From: Setoptus koraiensis
Taxonomy: Eukaryota; Animalia; Arthropoda
DNA length: 64,000 nucleotides
Reading direction: 5' to 3'
NCBI GenBank assembly: GCA_048013815.1
Contig: CM106586.1
Span: 16,182,001-16,246,000, forward strand
Part shown: one piece after another, positions 1-12,600 of the stretch
How the letters are laid out: each line of letters begins with the position of its first letter
How positions within the stretch are numbered: position 1 is the first letter of the stretch
The notes under the pieces: generated by a model
Seen by the model: only the letters and a program-made list of their open reading frames with translations
Database searches by the model: none
Told to the model about the DNA's origin: nothing
Made by a program: the position numbers and the translations under genes

Positions 1-1288
1 CATTACTGGCGGCTCTCAAGGAGGTCAAGTTGGTTAGCTTCTGTTGAAGTTGCCTCAATCAACTCTCTTATGTCTTAATAGACAACAATATTATTATTCT
101 TATTATTATTATTGTCATTATTATTATTATCAAAAATATAAATATACCGATTCGCACCGCCAAGCGGACAAAGCATGAAGCTGAATTGGATAAAATTTTT
201 GTCTAGATCCTGTAGGTGTTATCATAGAGAGGCGCGCACGCACACACAGCTACAAAGTTAGATGCTGCACTGCAGTAGCTTCAATGCAGTAGCAGAGGCA
301 GTAGCAGCAGCTTCTCTGGAGTTGTTCGCACATATTTGTATTCACTCAGGCTTTACCAGTGCAAACCAACTACTGTTCTAATGCGCAACGATTGTGCACA
401 CAACACACACACACATCAGTGCAAAAAGAATTTATATACGTTCGTCTCAATTTCAAAGCACGCAGGCAACAATAACAAAAACGAAAAAATTTGGCCCATT
501 ACACACATTTCACAGACAGATAGATAGGATATATTATTAACAATAACAATATCTTTGCAATTGTTGTTACATCAATTATACATTATTTATTCGGATCAAG
601 TATTCCCAATGAACAACAATTACTGATAACTTACAGCTGAACAATATTATCCAAAAGAGCGTTTCTCTGGCACGTAAAAAACGTTATCGTTGTTGTTTTC
701 TTCAAACATTTGGCTGCAACCAACAACAAAGCAAGCAACACTATTGCTATTTATAATGATACATCAGAACAACAAACAACTCTCTTTTATGGATTGTAGA
801 GAAAATCATTCGCATAATACAGTTGGTTACTAGTCAATCAATGCACTGATCAACAACAATATCGTCAACAATACCACCAAACACAACAACGTTCTCTAGT
901 AACCTCTTAATTAATACATAATTCATCACCGAATCAAAATGAATTTTTTCAATAATGTCGTCAAATCGTCTAATGCCATGATAAAGGAGAGACTGAACGA
1001 CCCTTTTGGCAAACAAAAAGCACAAGACGACCAACAGGAAGATACACCCAACGTAAACAATCAGGAACATGGAAGTCAGGCAACAACGTGTAAGTAGACC
1101 AGATATTATCTGTGACCACAACTATACACTCTCACAATTTATTCACTTTATCTTTTATTCTCATTTCTTGATGACTCAACAACATCGTCTCGACAACTTC
1201 AAAATATTCCATTTCAGCCAACGCGTCAGACACTATCACCGCCAACACTAAAAAGCTATCAGCAACCAATGATTCGAACCTCGATGAT

Positions 1289-2573
1289 ATGATCGGCGAC
1301 AATAACAAACAAAACTCACAATTTGCGGCTATTGCCGCTGATGCTGAGGCCGTGACACAAAAGGCCGTCGAATCAGCTAAAACATTTGGTAATTTTTTAT
1401 TCTCTATGGCCAACAAAGCTGGCCAAACTGTTAGTCAGACAGCTAAGCAAGTAAAACAAGTGGTTGAATCTAGTAGTATGTTAGCAGACTTCTCAAATGA
1501 GCAACAGGAATTTATTAAAGAACATGGTGGTAATATTCAACCAGGAGAGTTGCCTTGGGCTTCATGCGGTAGTGAGGAAGCATGCAATAGTGTCAAGGAG
1601 CAAGTATTATCATTGTCACAAGATAAACGAAATTTTGTTCGTAGTCCACCCGCTGGCGTAGATTTCCAATTCGAAGCAACATCTTGCTATCCAGTAGCTC
1701 TATCATTGCTTAGAGAAGATCCGAACCTTAACACAATGAGATTTGAAATTGTGCCGAAATTGTGAGTTTTTCTCTATACGAACTAGGTTCACATTCATTT
1801 TTTTTGCCCTCCAATATATGTTACTAATCCGTCAATAATTGTTACTTATTTGCACACTGAAAAATAGGGTCAACGAAGATACATTTTGGAGAAATTACTT
1901 TTACAGAGTCTCGCTCATCAAACAGTCAGTCCAGACCAAAAACCAAGAAGGATCTGAGAAACGAATTGGGTGGGCTTCAAGTCGCAGTTCTAGTGGAGAA
2001 GGGCCAGATGAATTCAACAACGATGGTAATCAAGCTGATGATGTGAGCCCTCAGCATTTTTCAAAACAGCAGAGCTTCAACACTCAAGAATATGAATCTT
2101 CTGAGTCCAGGAAGCTTGTAGCTGAAGCCGACGACCTCAAAAGCAAATTAAAGGAACTAAACATAGGATCTTTAGATGAAGCTAGTCTTAAGGATGGTTA
2201 GTTTGATCAATATTCTTTACTAAAGCCCTTGCCATCCGTTATTAGCTCTATTGCCTATTCTCTTACTACACATTTTACTAAACTCATAAAATGTCAATCA
2301 CACGTCATATCTTATTCAAAACTACCGTAGAACTAACATCTTTTAAAGCAGATAGTCTTGAGCTCTCAGATTTCGAGCTTCCCAATTTAAACCAAAATAA
2401 TCTAACTCATTTGTTTTTTGAATATAACACCCACAGATGATAAATGGGAAGAAGAACTTACGAGAGACCTTCAAGAATTTGAGGTGGTCTCGGGTGATGT
2501 GAGCGCTCTAGATGAGGATGCATTAGAAAAAGACATTCAAGAATTAGCCAGAATCAAGAGTTCAAGATCATAG
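1289..2573 (+). CDS. SYAP1: Synapse-associated protein 1 / Sap47-like BSD-domain protein; 3 coding exons (1289-1761, 1868-2196, 2437-2573); true start may lie upstream
   Basis: Joined translation gives F-EIVPKL|VNEDTFWRNYFYRVSLIKQS (BSD domain) and the C-terminal DDKWEEELTRDLQEFEVV typical of SYAP1. GT-AG introns at 1762-1867 and 2197-2436 preserve frame. Confidence 0.85.
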
Positions 2574-3070
2574 AGTGTTGTTCTTTTTAGGAATGTTTTA
2601 GATATACCATCAGAATCTGATAAAACAATTGTGTTCTCGATTTAGAGTTTGTCAGATGCTTACTCTAAAACTTGTGAAATTGATGTAACACTCATTTATC
2701 TATACGCAAGAAAGAATTCAACTTAAGAAGGAATATCCATTTATTTTAGGACCTACAGTGATCCAACAGTCATGCAACCTGAATCAAGCTCTTAGATATC
2801 GAAGAGATTTCCCTAATGAAATAATCTCAATGAAACTCGACTTTGATTACGCATATTGATCACAATTGAATCTTAATCAAAATATTGAGATACTTATTGA
2901 TTCCTAACACTCTTACATTTGTGTAATATATAATATTTTATAGATGATGTAAACCAAAGTTATGATCGTTTGTTTTAAATTACAATCATATTTATCTTAG
3001 TTTATTGTTTAAACTTTCAATATGTAAACACCTCAAATATAAAAATAGCTTGTTAACCCTGAAGTGTTTA

Positions 3071-4259
3071 TTAAAGGGATGGTTCATATTTCTCTCTAAA
3101 GTAATCCATGAAATTCTTCAAACATTTGACGTCATCCAGAGTTACTCCATGATAGATCGATGCCCTCAATCCACCTACCAGCCGATGACCTTTGAGTTCG
3201 TACAAGTGATGTTCCTCTGCTTCGGATAGAAACCTCTTCTCTAGTTCTACATTCTTTTCAGCTGTTTTAAATTTTGAGATGCGAAACACTACATTCATAC
3301 GGCTTCTCCACTCTTTTCCTTTTGTGGCCGGCCAACTATAAAATCCCTGCGAACCATCAATAGTTTTATAGAGGAGGTCAGCCTTTTCGCGACTCAATTT
3401 ATCCATGGCTGACAAACCTCCTTGCTTCTCTATCCACTTAAAACAAAGTCCGGCTAAGTAAATTCTGTAATTCAACAAAGAGAATCGATTAGTAAGATGA
3501 TTGGTGATGAAAACATTAGTCTAGTTTGGTCCGAGACAGACAAACTTACGGGTACACTGGTGGCGTATTGTAATTGGACCTATTTTTTTTCATCACATTC
3601 CAATCTTGCACGGAGGGACATACTTTCATGGCCTTACCGATAAGGTCATTTCTAGCAATCACTATGGCCAAACCGGCCATACCGAAGTTCTTTTGGGCCG
3701 AGGCCACGATAACCCCGTATTTGCTAACATCAACTGGCCGAGACAGAAAGTTGGACGTCATGTCGCAAACTAAAGGCACGGAATCTGTTGTTTGCGGAAT
3801 CGTATGGAACTCTATTCCCTGGATCGTTTCGTTGTCACAAAAATAACGATATTTTAGGGACTCAGGTGATGATTTATCTTCAGGTTTGACCAGCACGACT
3901 TGCATATACTTTTCGGCCTCTTTGGCCGCTTTTTCAGACCAATTGCCAGTAGTGATGTATCCAGCTTTATATTCATTCAATTGATCGCAAAGATTCATGG
4001 GAATGGATGCAAATTGTGTTTGCGCACCACCATGCATAAAAAGAACAGAGTAGTCATCGGGTATATTCATCAAAGATCTTAAATCTTTCTCTGCTGCAGT
4101 AAGAATCTTGTCGAAAGTTGACGATCGATGGGACAATTCCAAAACGCTTATACCTGTCCCTTTAAAATCTTTAAATTCATTGTATGCTTCATCAATTACT
4201 TCCTGAGGTATCTTAGCTGGACCAGCTGTGAAATATATTTTTTTTTCATTGGAAAACAT
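3071..4259 (-). CDS. PSAT1: Phosphoserine aminotransferase; 2 exons (4259-3550, 3464-3071)
   Basis: N-terminal FTAGPAKIP and ELSHRS, GGAQTQF, DMTSN, PLP-lysine motif SAQKNFG, YNTPP, GHRLVGGLRASIY. An 85-nt GT-AG intron (3549-3465) joins the two ORFs in frame. Confidence 0.97.
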
Positions 4260-4702
4260 GGCGCTTCGGTTGTATCTATCTTTATTACACAACGATTGAA
4301 TCTACGTAAATCAAGTTAATGTGATTGAATTTCCTATCTTTTTTAGTGTTAGTGTGAGTCTCGACATGAATGTCTAAATTCTGGTAAGCATTTCACCTTT
4401 TCAAACGATATATGTCCAGATGATAAGGGAATAATAAACAAACAATGAATACGGAAGAGTGATAAAATATTACTCACATGTTTGCCTTAGCGACAGCAAA
4501 CACAACAAAAACAAAGATAAAATAAAGTGGATTGGTAAGAGGTGATCACGTGAATAGTCTTTAATTGTAATCTGATCAGCGATAAGTTATAGACATACGT
4601 GTATGTTACGTATGAAATTTATTGTTGAAATATCAATATATTACATCGGGATAGATAATGCAACCGATACTGCTGTTGGCTTTTAATTTAGTCTTCGTTG
4701 TA

Positions 4703-5848
4703 TTAAGCTTGGACAAACATATTGTGAACGGTTTTCATGTGGATATGTGATTCGGTTTTACGAATTGGCAATCTACACTCTTTCAAAGGGCACAGAATAT
4801 ATAGTTTGTGTTTCTTTTTCATGTGCTCCATTAGGGAAGTTGCGTCATCGAATCTGAATGAACAAACATAGCAGAACTTTTGTTTCGACGCTATTCTTAT
4901 GGTTCCACTGCTTCTAGTTCTCCTGATAGTATTCTCGATGAGAGCCTTATGATGAGATCTTGTAGAGATGTGTTTACTACCCTCAAACATTTTCGTCTTA
5001 TTGATACAGGTTTTTTTGCTATCAGTCTGAACAATATGTTTGACTTTGTTTTCCTTAGTGTCGTGTTCATGGGTCATGGTATCATTAGAATTGATCTGCT
5101 TAGAATTGTCTTGATAGATGTCCATTTGCAAGATTTCTTTTTTAATTTGTTTGACATCCTGTTTAACCACTGGTACTGTAACTACGACGTTGTCTGTTCT
5201 CTTAGGAGTTGTCTTGTATATAGTTGTTGAGGCATTTGTTCTGGTGTGCGCGACTAAATTAAGTGGTTCATTGTGAGTAATGCGTGCCGGTGGACTTGGC
5301 GAAGGAGTGATTAGGCATGATGGGGTCACATTTAAGTCTAAATTTTGAGTGTCAGTTGAAGTAGTAGTTGTGATATTATTAGTGATTGCCTCGGGCTGGG
5401 TCTGGCTTGCCGCTCGAACACTAGAGGGGTCTATATTTTCTATTGTGATTCCAAGTTCAAAAGTTGAACATGTTCGAAAGAAGCTAGCCAGACAATCGAT
5501 GTCGACGTGGACTTGGCCATAGTATAAATACTCTAGTATTGCTATGACGTGGGAATGAGGAAATTGATCGAGATTGATGTGAATGTATTCTTCGACCTTT
5601 TTTGGATTCTTTTTCGGTTTATTCTTCTTGCGGCACAATTGAAAATGGATTTGTTCAGCGAGATAGAGACTGTATTGTAGCTTGCAACTGTGAGCGTACA
5701 TTTTATTGCCCTTGCACATAATAATAGTGTCGAATGGCTCTTGGTTGTTGCATATGAATTCAGTGAGTAATTTATCATCTATGGACAGATTTAGATTGCG
5801 GCAGCGCGAGTGAACGTACGATTGTGTTGAGCTGGGTATGAGCGACAT
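4703..5848 (-). CDS. BTB/POZ-domain protein with two C-terminal C2H2-type zinc fingers, intronless, divergent
   Basis: BTB-like FDTIIMCKGNKMYAHSCKL...ILEYLYYGQVHV, a Thr/Pro-rich linker, then CYVC-x12-HMKKKH and CPLKEC...HMKTVH. First ATG is at 5848; the ORF track starts at an upstream TTG. Confidence 0.75.
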   Translation of the reverse strand: MSLIPSSTQSYVHSRCRNLNLSIDDKLLTEFICNNQEPFDTIIMCKGNKMYAHSCKLQYSLYLAEQIHFQLCRKKNKPKKNPKKVEEYIHINLDQFPHSHVIAILEYLYYGQVHVDIDCLASFFRTCSTFELGITIENIDPSSVRAASQTQPEAITNNITTTTSTDTQNLDLNVTPSCLITPSPSPPARITHNEPLNLVAHTRTNASTTIYKTTPKRTDNVVVTVPVVKQDVKQIKKEILQMDIYQDNSKQINSNDTMTHEHDTKENKVKHIVQTDSKKTCINKTKMFEGSKHISTRSHHKALIENTIRRTRSSGTIRIASKQKFCYVCSFRFDDATSLMEHMKKKHKLYILCPLKECRLPIRKTESHIHMKTVHNMFVQA

Positions 5849-6075
5849 GGTGTGACGATGAATTTGATGATATTCAAATGAGGTGAACCTGTGAGAATAA
5901 TTGTCCTGGGTAGATGGTTCGAATGTGCGTGTTGGATTGAAATGTAAATGACAATTTGCGATTGGCAATTATGTTAAATTAGCTGACCGGCCGATGACGA
6001 GCGCGGACGAAATGAGCGGCAATTAGCGAGTGCAGCAGCTTTTATATCGATCGAATATCGTTGGTCGAATGAACC

Positions 6076-6114
6076 CAGCATCGAATCTCAGCACCGAATT
6101 TTGGCATCGAATCT
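6076..6114. repeat. 3 x 13-bp degenerate tandem repeat (cagcatcgaatct)
   Basis: Units cagcatcgaatct / cagcaccgaattt / tggcatcgaatct, upstream of the BTB gene. Confidence 0.6.
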
Positions 6115-6652
6115 TGGTGAATCACCCTCTGCCCGCGATAAGCAGGGGTGCACACAAAGGGGCAGTGGCAACAGTGTGCCTAAAAAGCGAACTGCGTGAA
6201 AAAAGTTCGATCTTTGTGCCAGGTTGTGCACGCGGACAGTGCGTAAGTCTGCGTGGCGCCACGCACATGGCTGACTGTCGGCATTCCGCTAATCCGGTCT
6301 GTCGTCTCGACACAATCGCATTGTTGTGCACTCGGTGCGCGTGCGGTTACGGCGCACCAGTTCAACTCCTTTGTTTGGCTGTTTGTGGCCAGACGCATCA
6401 CAAGTTGTGATTCACCACAGTTCTCTTACCCCATTACTCATCGTCGAACTTTTGCACCAACAACAACGCGTTGGCGCAACAGTCCGACTGTTACAGCCGC
6501 TTCATTGGCGCGCCAGCGACCGCTGCGCCTCTGGCGTCTCTCTCTCTCGAACTCAGAGGTATCGGCAGATTTGCACCCAGTAAAGTGTGACACTTTTTCT
6601 CTCTTATTATCTCTTATTATTTATTATTATTGATTATTATTCGCGGTTATTC

Positions 6653-9600
6653 TTACAAAACCATTTTGTCATTTATGATCTTACAAATGTAAGCTACGTT
6701 GTTATCTATAAAACTCTCGTGATTTCCCTCCAGTATGTGCAGGTCCACCTTTCCGTTGATAACCTGGCGAAGGAATTTATATTATCATATAATTATATTA
6801 TTATATTATTATCGTTATTAACCTTAGCAAATTATACGCAGCACAGTAAGCGCACTTACCTTCGACAGAGAATAATCGTCCTCCGAAGATTTTTTCTCAT
6901 TTCCGTCATTTGCATCCAAATAATTCTGTCTAGCTCTAATTAGAGTGACATCGCCCATCAGGCAATGTTTTGTGCGGTAATTTGAGATGATCTCGTACCG
7001 GCGACAAAACGCTTCTACGGCATGCGCCAGGTCGACCTGTCTCGTTAGATCTGTTATATTCAGTAATTGTGTCAGTGTGTCGCATGCATATTTTAATTTA
7101 GCTTCCGTGTTGGACTCGATGGATATTAATTTTTCTCTAATGGACAAATGATCCACGTTGAGGTGCTTTGTATGATGCACTATGAACAGTAGAAGTATTT
7201 CATTAACTTTTTCGCTGAATGTAAGAGGCTTGTTGCGCGTTAGATTGGCCATGAATTGTGAGCCCAATTCAATCTGGCCTGGTGACCCGTCCAACAGTAT
7301 GAGACAACCCGGTGTTAGATTGACTTTAGATGCGTTATTCTGAATGAATGTTAGTATCTCGAACGCTATTGTCGCACCAAACGAATATCCGACAAGGTCA
7401 ACAATTCGCAGCCCGTTATCGGACTGTTGGGGACCGTTGTGCCAATTGAGTGTCTCTAGAATATCTACATAGGCCCTTGCTGCCTCGTGAGCGGTTGTCG
7501 TTTTGCCCAACTGTTTGGTCCAGTTGAGTCCTATACAGGGCCTGGCGATTTGCTCGCTGATTAATCTCATACGTTTAAATTCGCCGTGTATGGGTGGTAT
7601 GAAAAATATGGGCCTAGATTGAGTTGCCGACAAACAATGTTGGTTCAGATTGACAGAGTCGGCTTTTGGAAGCTGAAGTTGGGGCCTAAAGCCGGCGATA
7701 AAGTCCTTGTTTAATCTTGCTGTCGTTATCTGACTCAAATCAATTTTGGCCTGACTAGCGCCTTGCTGGCCACTTGCCGCATTACTATCGTCTGTACTGG
7801 CTGTACAAGTCTGGTTTGTGTTTTGTTTTGCCTGGACATGTCCGCCCTCGCCAATTTCTCTTATTTTTGCAATTGTCAAAGCTCTTATCTCTTGTACATT
7901 GAGCGTCAGCTCATATTCACGCTCAATGTATTGTCTGATCTCTACTGCCATGAGCGAGTCAAGACCGAGCTCGCCCAAATTGGCCTGTTCGCTCACCTTG
8001 CTGGCATCTTTGATACCGAGAACGTGCAATACGGCAGCCACTAGGTCTCCTTTGGCCGTCTCGTGGCCCCTCTGATCTATTTGCACAATGCTGGAGCAAA
8101 CGGCAAAAGGCGAACACAACAAATTGGCCAATGTGGCAAAACAAGAGGACATTCTTTGCGGAATAGTGCCACCAATGACAATGTCGTTGCCGCCCAGATT
8201 CTCATACGCAACACCAACGTCGCCAATGGCGCCCCATTGGATGGCCAGACCGTGTAAATTGTGTTTGCGTCTATTTTCGCATATGCGTTCCATAATTGAA
8301 TTGGCGTAGCCATAATTAGACTGGCCCGCGTTGCCCTTGCCGCACGACACAGAGGAAAAGGTGACAAAAAGCGACATGTCGGGCGCCTCTTGACGGCTAA
8401 TGTCGTCCAACAGTATGCAAGCGTCCGCTTTTGGTTGGCAAACAAGCTCAAAATGTTCACTTGTCATGTTCTCTAGCAGACTGTCCTTGAGCACCATGGC
8501 CAGGTGAAACAATCCGCCAATTTTGTTGACGGGCGACAATTGCTTGGCCAATTGGAATATCTTTTGCACGCCCTGGCGTGTCGTTCCGTCCGCCACTGTG
8601 CCATCGACAACAACATACTGACACGCCAAGTTGCGCCTCAGTCTCTCCAACACAACCCGCTGGTAGCCCGTAGTGAATCCCTTACGGGACGTGACAACCA
8701 GATACCTGGCGCCCATGGCAGCCAGCCACTTGATGAGCTCCAGACCGAAGCCGCCCAGGCCGCCCGTTATTATGTACGCCTTAGTGGGGTCCAGCATGAA
8801 TCTTGGTATGACCGGCATCAGCTGTTGCTGTGGCTGCGATTGGGCTGGAGGCCGCAACTGTTGCTCTGGCTCGATTTCTATCAGCACCTTGCCAATGTGC
8901 TTGCCGGTGGCCATATATCTGAACGCCTTCTCTAGTTCGTGCTTGGCGAACAGGGTATTTTTGATGGGCTTGATGTAGCCCTGTCGCATGCCATCCGTGA
9001 GGGTCGTCAGCACGCTGTTGAGTTGCTTGCTGAACGCGCCGGTCACCTTGTCCGTCTCGAACAACATATCTAACACTATTCCGTGGAACGACTTGTTGAC
9101 GTCCAATTTGAGCAATTCTAAACTGTTGTTCATGGCTAAATCGTATTTGCCTATCTCCAAGAAGCGTCCGTTTTCCGCGAGACATCTCACACTGGCTTGC
9201 AGCTTGTCGTCGGCCAACGAATTTAGCACCAGATCCACACCGCGCCCATTGGTGGCCCTCATAATGTGGCCCTCGAACGAGCAATCGCGCGAACTGAAAA
9301 TGTGATCAGGTTTCACAAATCCGTTGAATTCGTCCAACAAAAATTGACGCTTCTCATCGCTGCCCACAGTTGTGAACACCTCTAGCTTGTGGTGCATGGC
9401 CAGCCGGATTGCGGCCTGACCTACGCCGCCCGAGCCGGCGTGAATCAAAATCGACTCGCCAGATTGTATTTTTCCGCGATTTATCAGTGCCATTATGGCA
9501 GTGGCATACACAACAGGTATTGTGGCGGCCTCGCGCAAGCTCATCTCGTCGGGTATCTCAAACTTGATGGCACTCCTATCCGGACAGATGACTTGCGTTG

Positions 9601-12600
9601 CAATTCCGCGACCAAAAACCATGCCCGCCACACGCTTATTCTGGTGCAAATCAATACCGGCAAATTCCAGGCCCAACAAACAGTCGTTTAGAGCCAGTTT
9701 GGGCGGCAGAGCGTCCAGGGGCAAGCGGCCCGTGGCCAGCATGACGTCGCGAAAATTCAAGGCCGAATAGTGAACCTTGACAAGTTGTTTGCGTTCCGTT
9801 TCGCTCAAATAAGCAAACGGTGCCTCGTACCAACGGAAGCTCGACAAGTCGCCCCTAATGGACACGTTTGCGTAAGCTTGCGCCGATTCAATTCTGTGGT
9901 GCGATCTGTCAAATGTGGCGCCAGTTGCTTCCGTATCCGTTGGCGTTGCATTTTCAGCTGTATCGAAATAGTCTGTAAGTGTTATGTGGCGCCACGATCC
10001 CCAATTTCCGTTTGAGTTTATGCAATTCCAGATCATGTTCCTCTTGAGAGCTGTGGCAAAATTTTCGCTCATTCTGATGTCCTGCAAACTCACCTCGGAC
10101 TCGTGCCTCTCTCTGAATGTGTGCATGTCATAGAAGCAGCGCAAGTTTTTGCTGCCAAGCTCGCGCCTCAGACACTGAATCATACCCACAAGCCCGTTGA
10201 CGGGATTGTCCTTGGTGGCCACCGCGCACAGCCACACCGTTCTGTCCGCCTTCTTGTCCACCTTTTTCCCGGAAGTGGTTTCATGTGTTTCAATTGGGTT
10301 GTTTGACGACGCGTCGGCGCTGTCCAGCGGGGCCCCGCTCGCTTGTTCGCTGCTCGTGTCACCGCTCTCTGGCTTGAATTCGTTCTTCAGCTCGCGCAAC
10401 CAACTTGCGTAATCTTGGTGCCTGACGTGTATCATTTTGATGTTGTCACTCTCGTCTGGTTGTTGTGGTTGCTGCTGTTGTTGCTGTTGCTGGTTGCTCT
10501 TGTGAACTTGAAACAGGAACACTGTGCAACCGGTGGTGTCCTGTCGCTTGGAGATCAGTGTCATATTGCACCTTTTGGCCTCTGTCACCAGCAGTTTAAT
10601 ACGAGCATCGCATGCCAATTGAATCTGATGAACTTCCTCAATGATTGCGTCATCAAACGACGACTTGTGCGACGTCGAGTGTGGATATCCGGTGCTCGCC
10701 GCATCATCCGGCTTATATTGCCTGGTAGCCATGATGAATCTCTCTGCCATGCTCAAGCTGTGACGCATCATAGCTATCAGAAAGCCGCCTTGTCTTACTA
10801 TTTGTGTCAATGTGCTCAATATGGGCCCCAAACCATTGGACTCTATCAGCATCATCGGAGCGTAGCAGCTACTGTCAAAATAGCAAATTGCGTCTAGCAG
10901 TCGATCTTCTTGCACTAGACTCAGCAGTGAGCATTTTGTATCGCTAGCGACATCTTTCAATGTGTGCGTTTTAACATCGCTCTGAAGCTGCAATTCTTTC
11001 GGATTTGGATGGGCCAATGTGAAGTCAAGCGCTACGTTTGGGGCCACCTCTTGAACGAGCTTCTTCAAATAACTATGCTGAATGTTTTGTCCGACGTTTA
11101 TCTCCATCAGGCGCAACTTGTTTGCCGAATGACAACTGTTCTCGATGATCATCTCAATGGTTGGCCGAATGAAACGTTCGCTAATGAGGCTCGATTTTAT
11201 AATGTCTGATCGGGCAAGTAAATTTTCATGCTCCTCACACGATGTCACAATGCTGGCGAGCAGCGCGTTCAGCCTGGTTTCTCTTCGCGTGTTGGTCGAC
11301 TTTGTCGCTACACTGCTCACATATGAGCTCCAAACGGAATCCAACAGAGATAGAAGTGCCCAGGGCTGGTTCTTCGCCAGTTCCTGCTTGACAAAATCCG
11401 CATCTATTGGCTGCGTTTTGCTTTTCTCATTCTCATTTTGTTGCTGCTGGCTGTTGCCGTCGCTACAATTATCCTGTTGGTTGGTGTTATCATTTTGCGA
11501 CTGAGATTGGTTCAATTGGCCCCGACGAATTTTCAGTTTTTCATTCATATACTGCTCTATTTGTTGTTTAGTTAACGGCCTGTATCCATTGACAAGATTC
11601 TTGAGCAATTTACTGTTGTTGGGCCCGCCGGCCTGTTTGCCATTTTGCCTTGCATGATCAATGAGCTTGATTAATTCATACACCACGTTGTTACAAATTC
11701 TGCAATAGTACTCCCTGGCTGCATTTCCGCTCAACTCAAAGTCCCTAACGGGCTCCTCGATATCGGGCATGAATTTGTAACTTTCCAACAGTGGCTTGTT
11801 CAATTCTCGTCTGGGCGCCGGGGTGGCTCTAATGCCGCGCATCTCTACACCGTCCGTAACAATTATGCCTGTCACCAAATCACAGAAAGTGTCAAATATG
11901 CACACTCTTTCCACTTCGTCATCGGCCTCTTTTTCATCCGATTTAGGGGCGATTTCTTTTTGAGTGTCCGAATCATCAGCTGATGAATTCATATGTCTGA
12001 GCATCATGTTCTTCATGGCCTCGCGCGCTTTGCCCGTGTCCAGTGTCTTGGACAATTTGTCCAACTTGACGCCGGCCCTGGTCAACTTTTCAAATATTTT
12101 ATCCGGATTGAAGCGCACATAATCGAAGCGAGTGGGCAAAAACAGTCCGCCCGTCGGAGCGTGTGTACAAATAGCCAAAAAGATTGATTGCAATATGTTG
12201 TCTGTCAGGGCCACCATTTCGCCATTGAATTTCACCTGTACGAAACGGCCGTCACTTGAGGCCGACTGAATACAACGGAACGTTTCGCCATAATCGTATC
12301 CATTGACTCTAAATGACTTATAAACATCGTCGTGACTCAGAGTTAACTTTAGATTTTCGCCACGTATTCTGTTCGCTATATCTTCATACAGCAAACCGTT
12401 TGGATTGACCTCTGGCGATTTTACACTGCCGTCCACCACAACACTGTCGCCCTCTTTAACCTCGAACTGGCCAGTGGTAACCTCGAGATTTATATACAAT
12501 CTTGTCAAGCTGCTGCCGCTGAGCATGACGGCCCGGTGTAGGCGAACATTGTGAAACTCAATGGGCACCAGTTTGTCTTCGGTGTTTTGGTAGCTGGCGT

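Noticed and set aside
834-1121. 95-aa hydrophobic minus-strand ORF next to SYAP1
   Set aside because: No recognisable family, derived from an A/C-rich plus strand, and overlapping the likely SYAP1 promoter/5' UTR.
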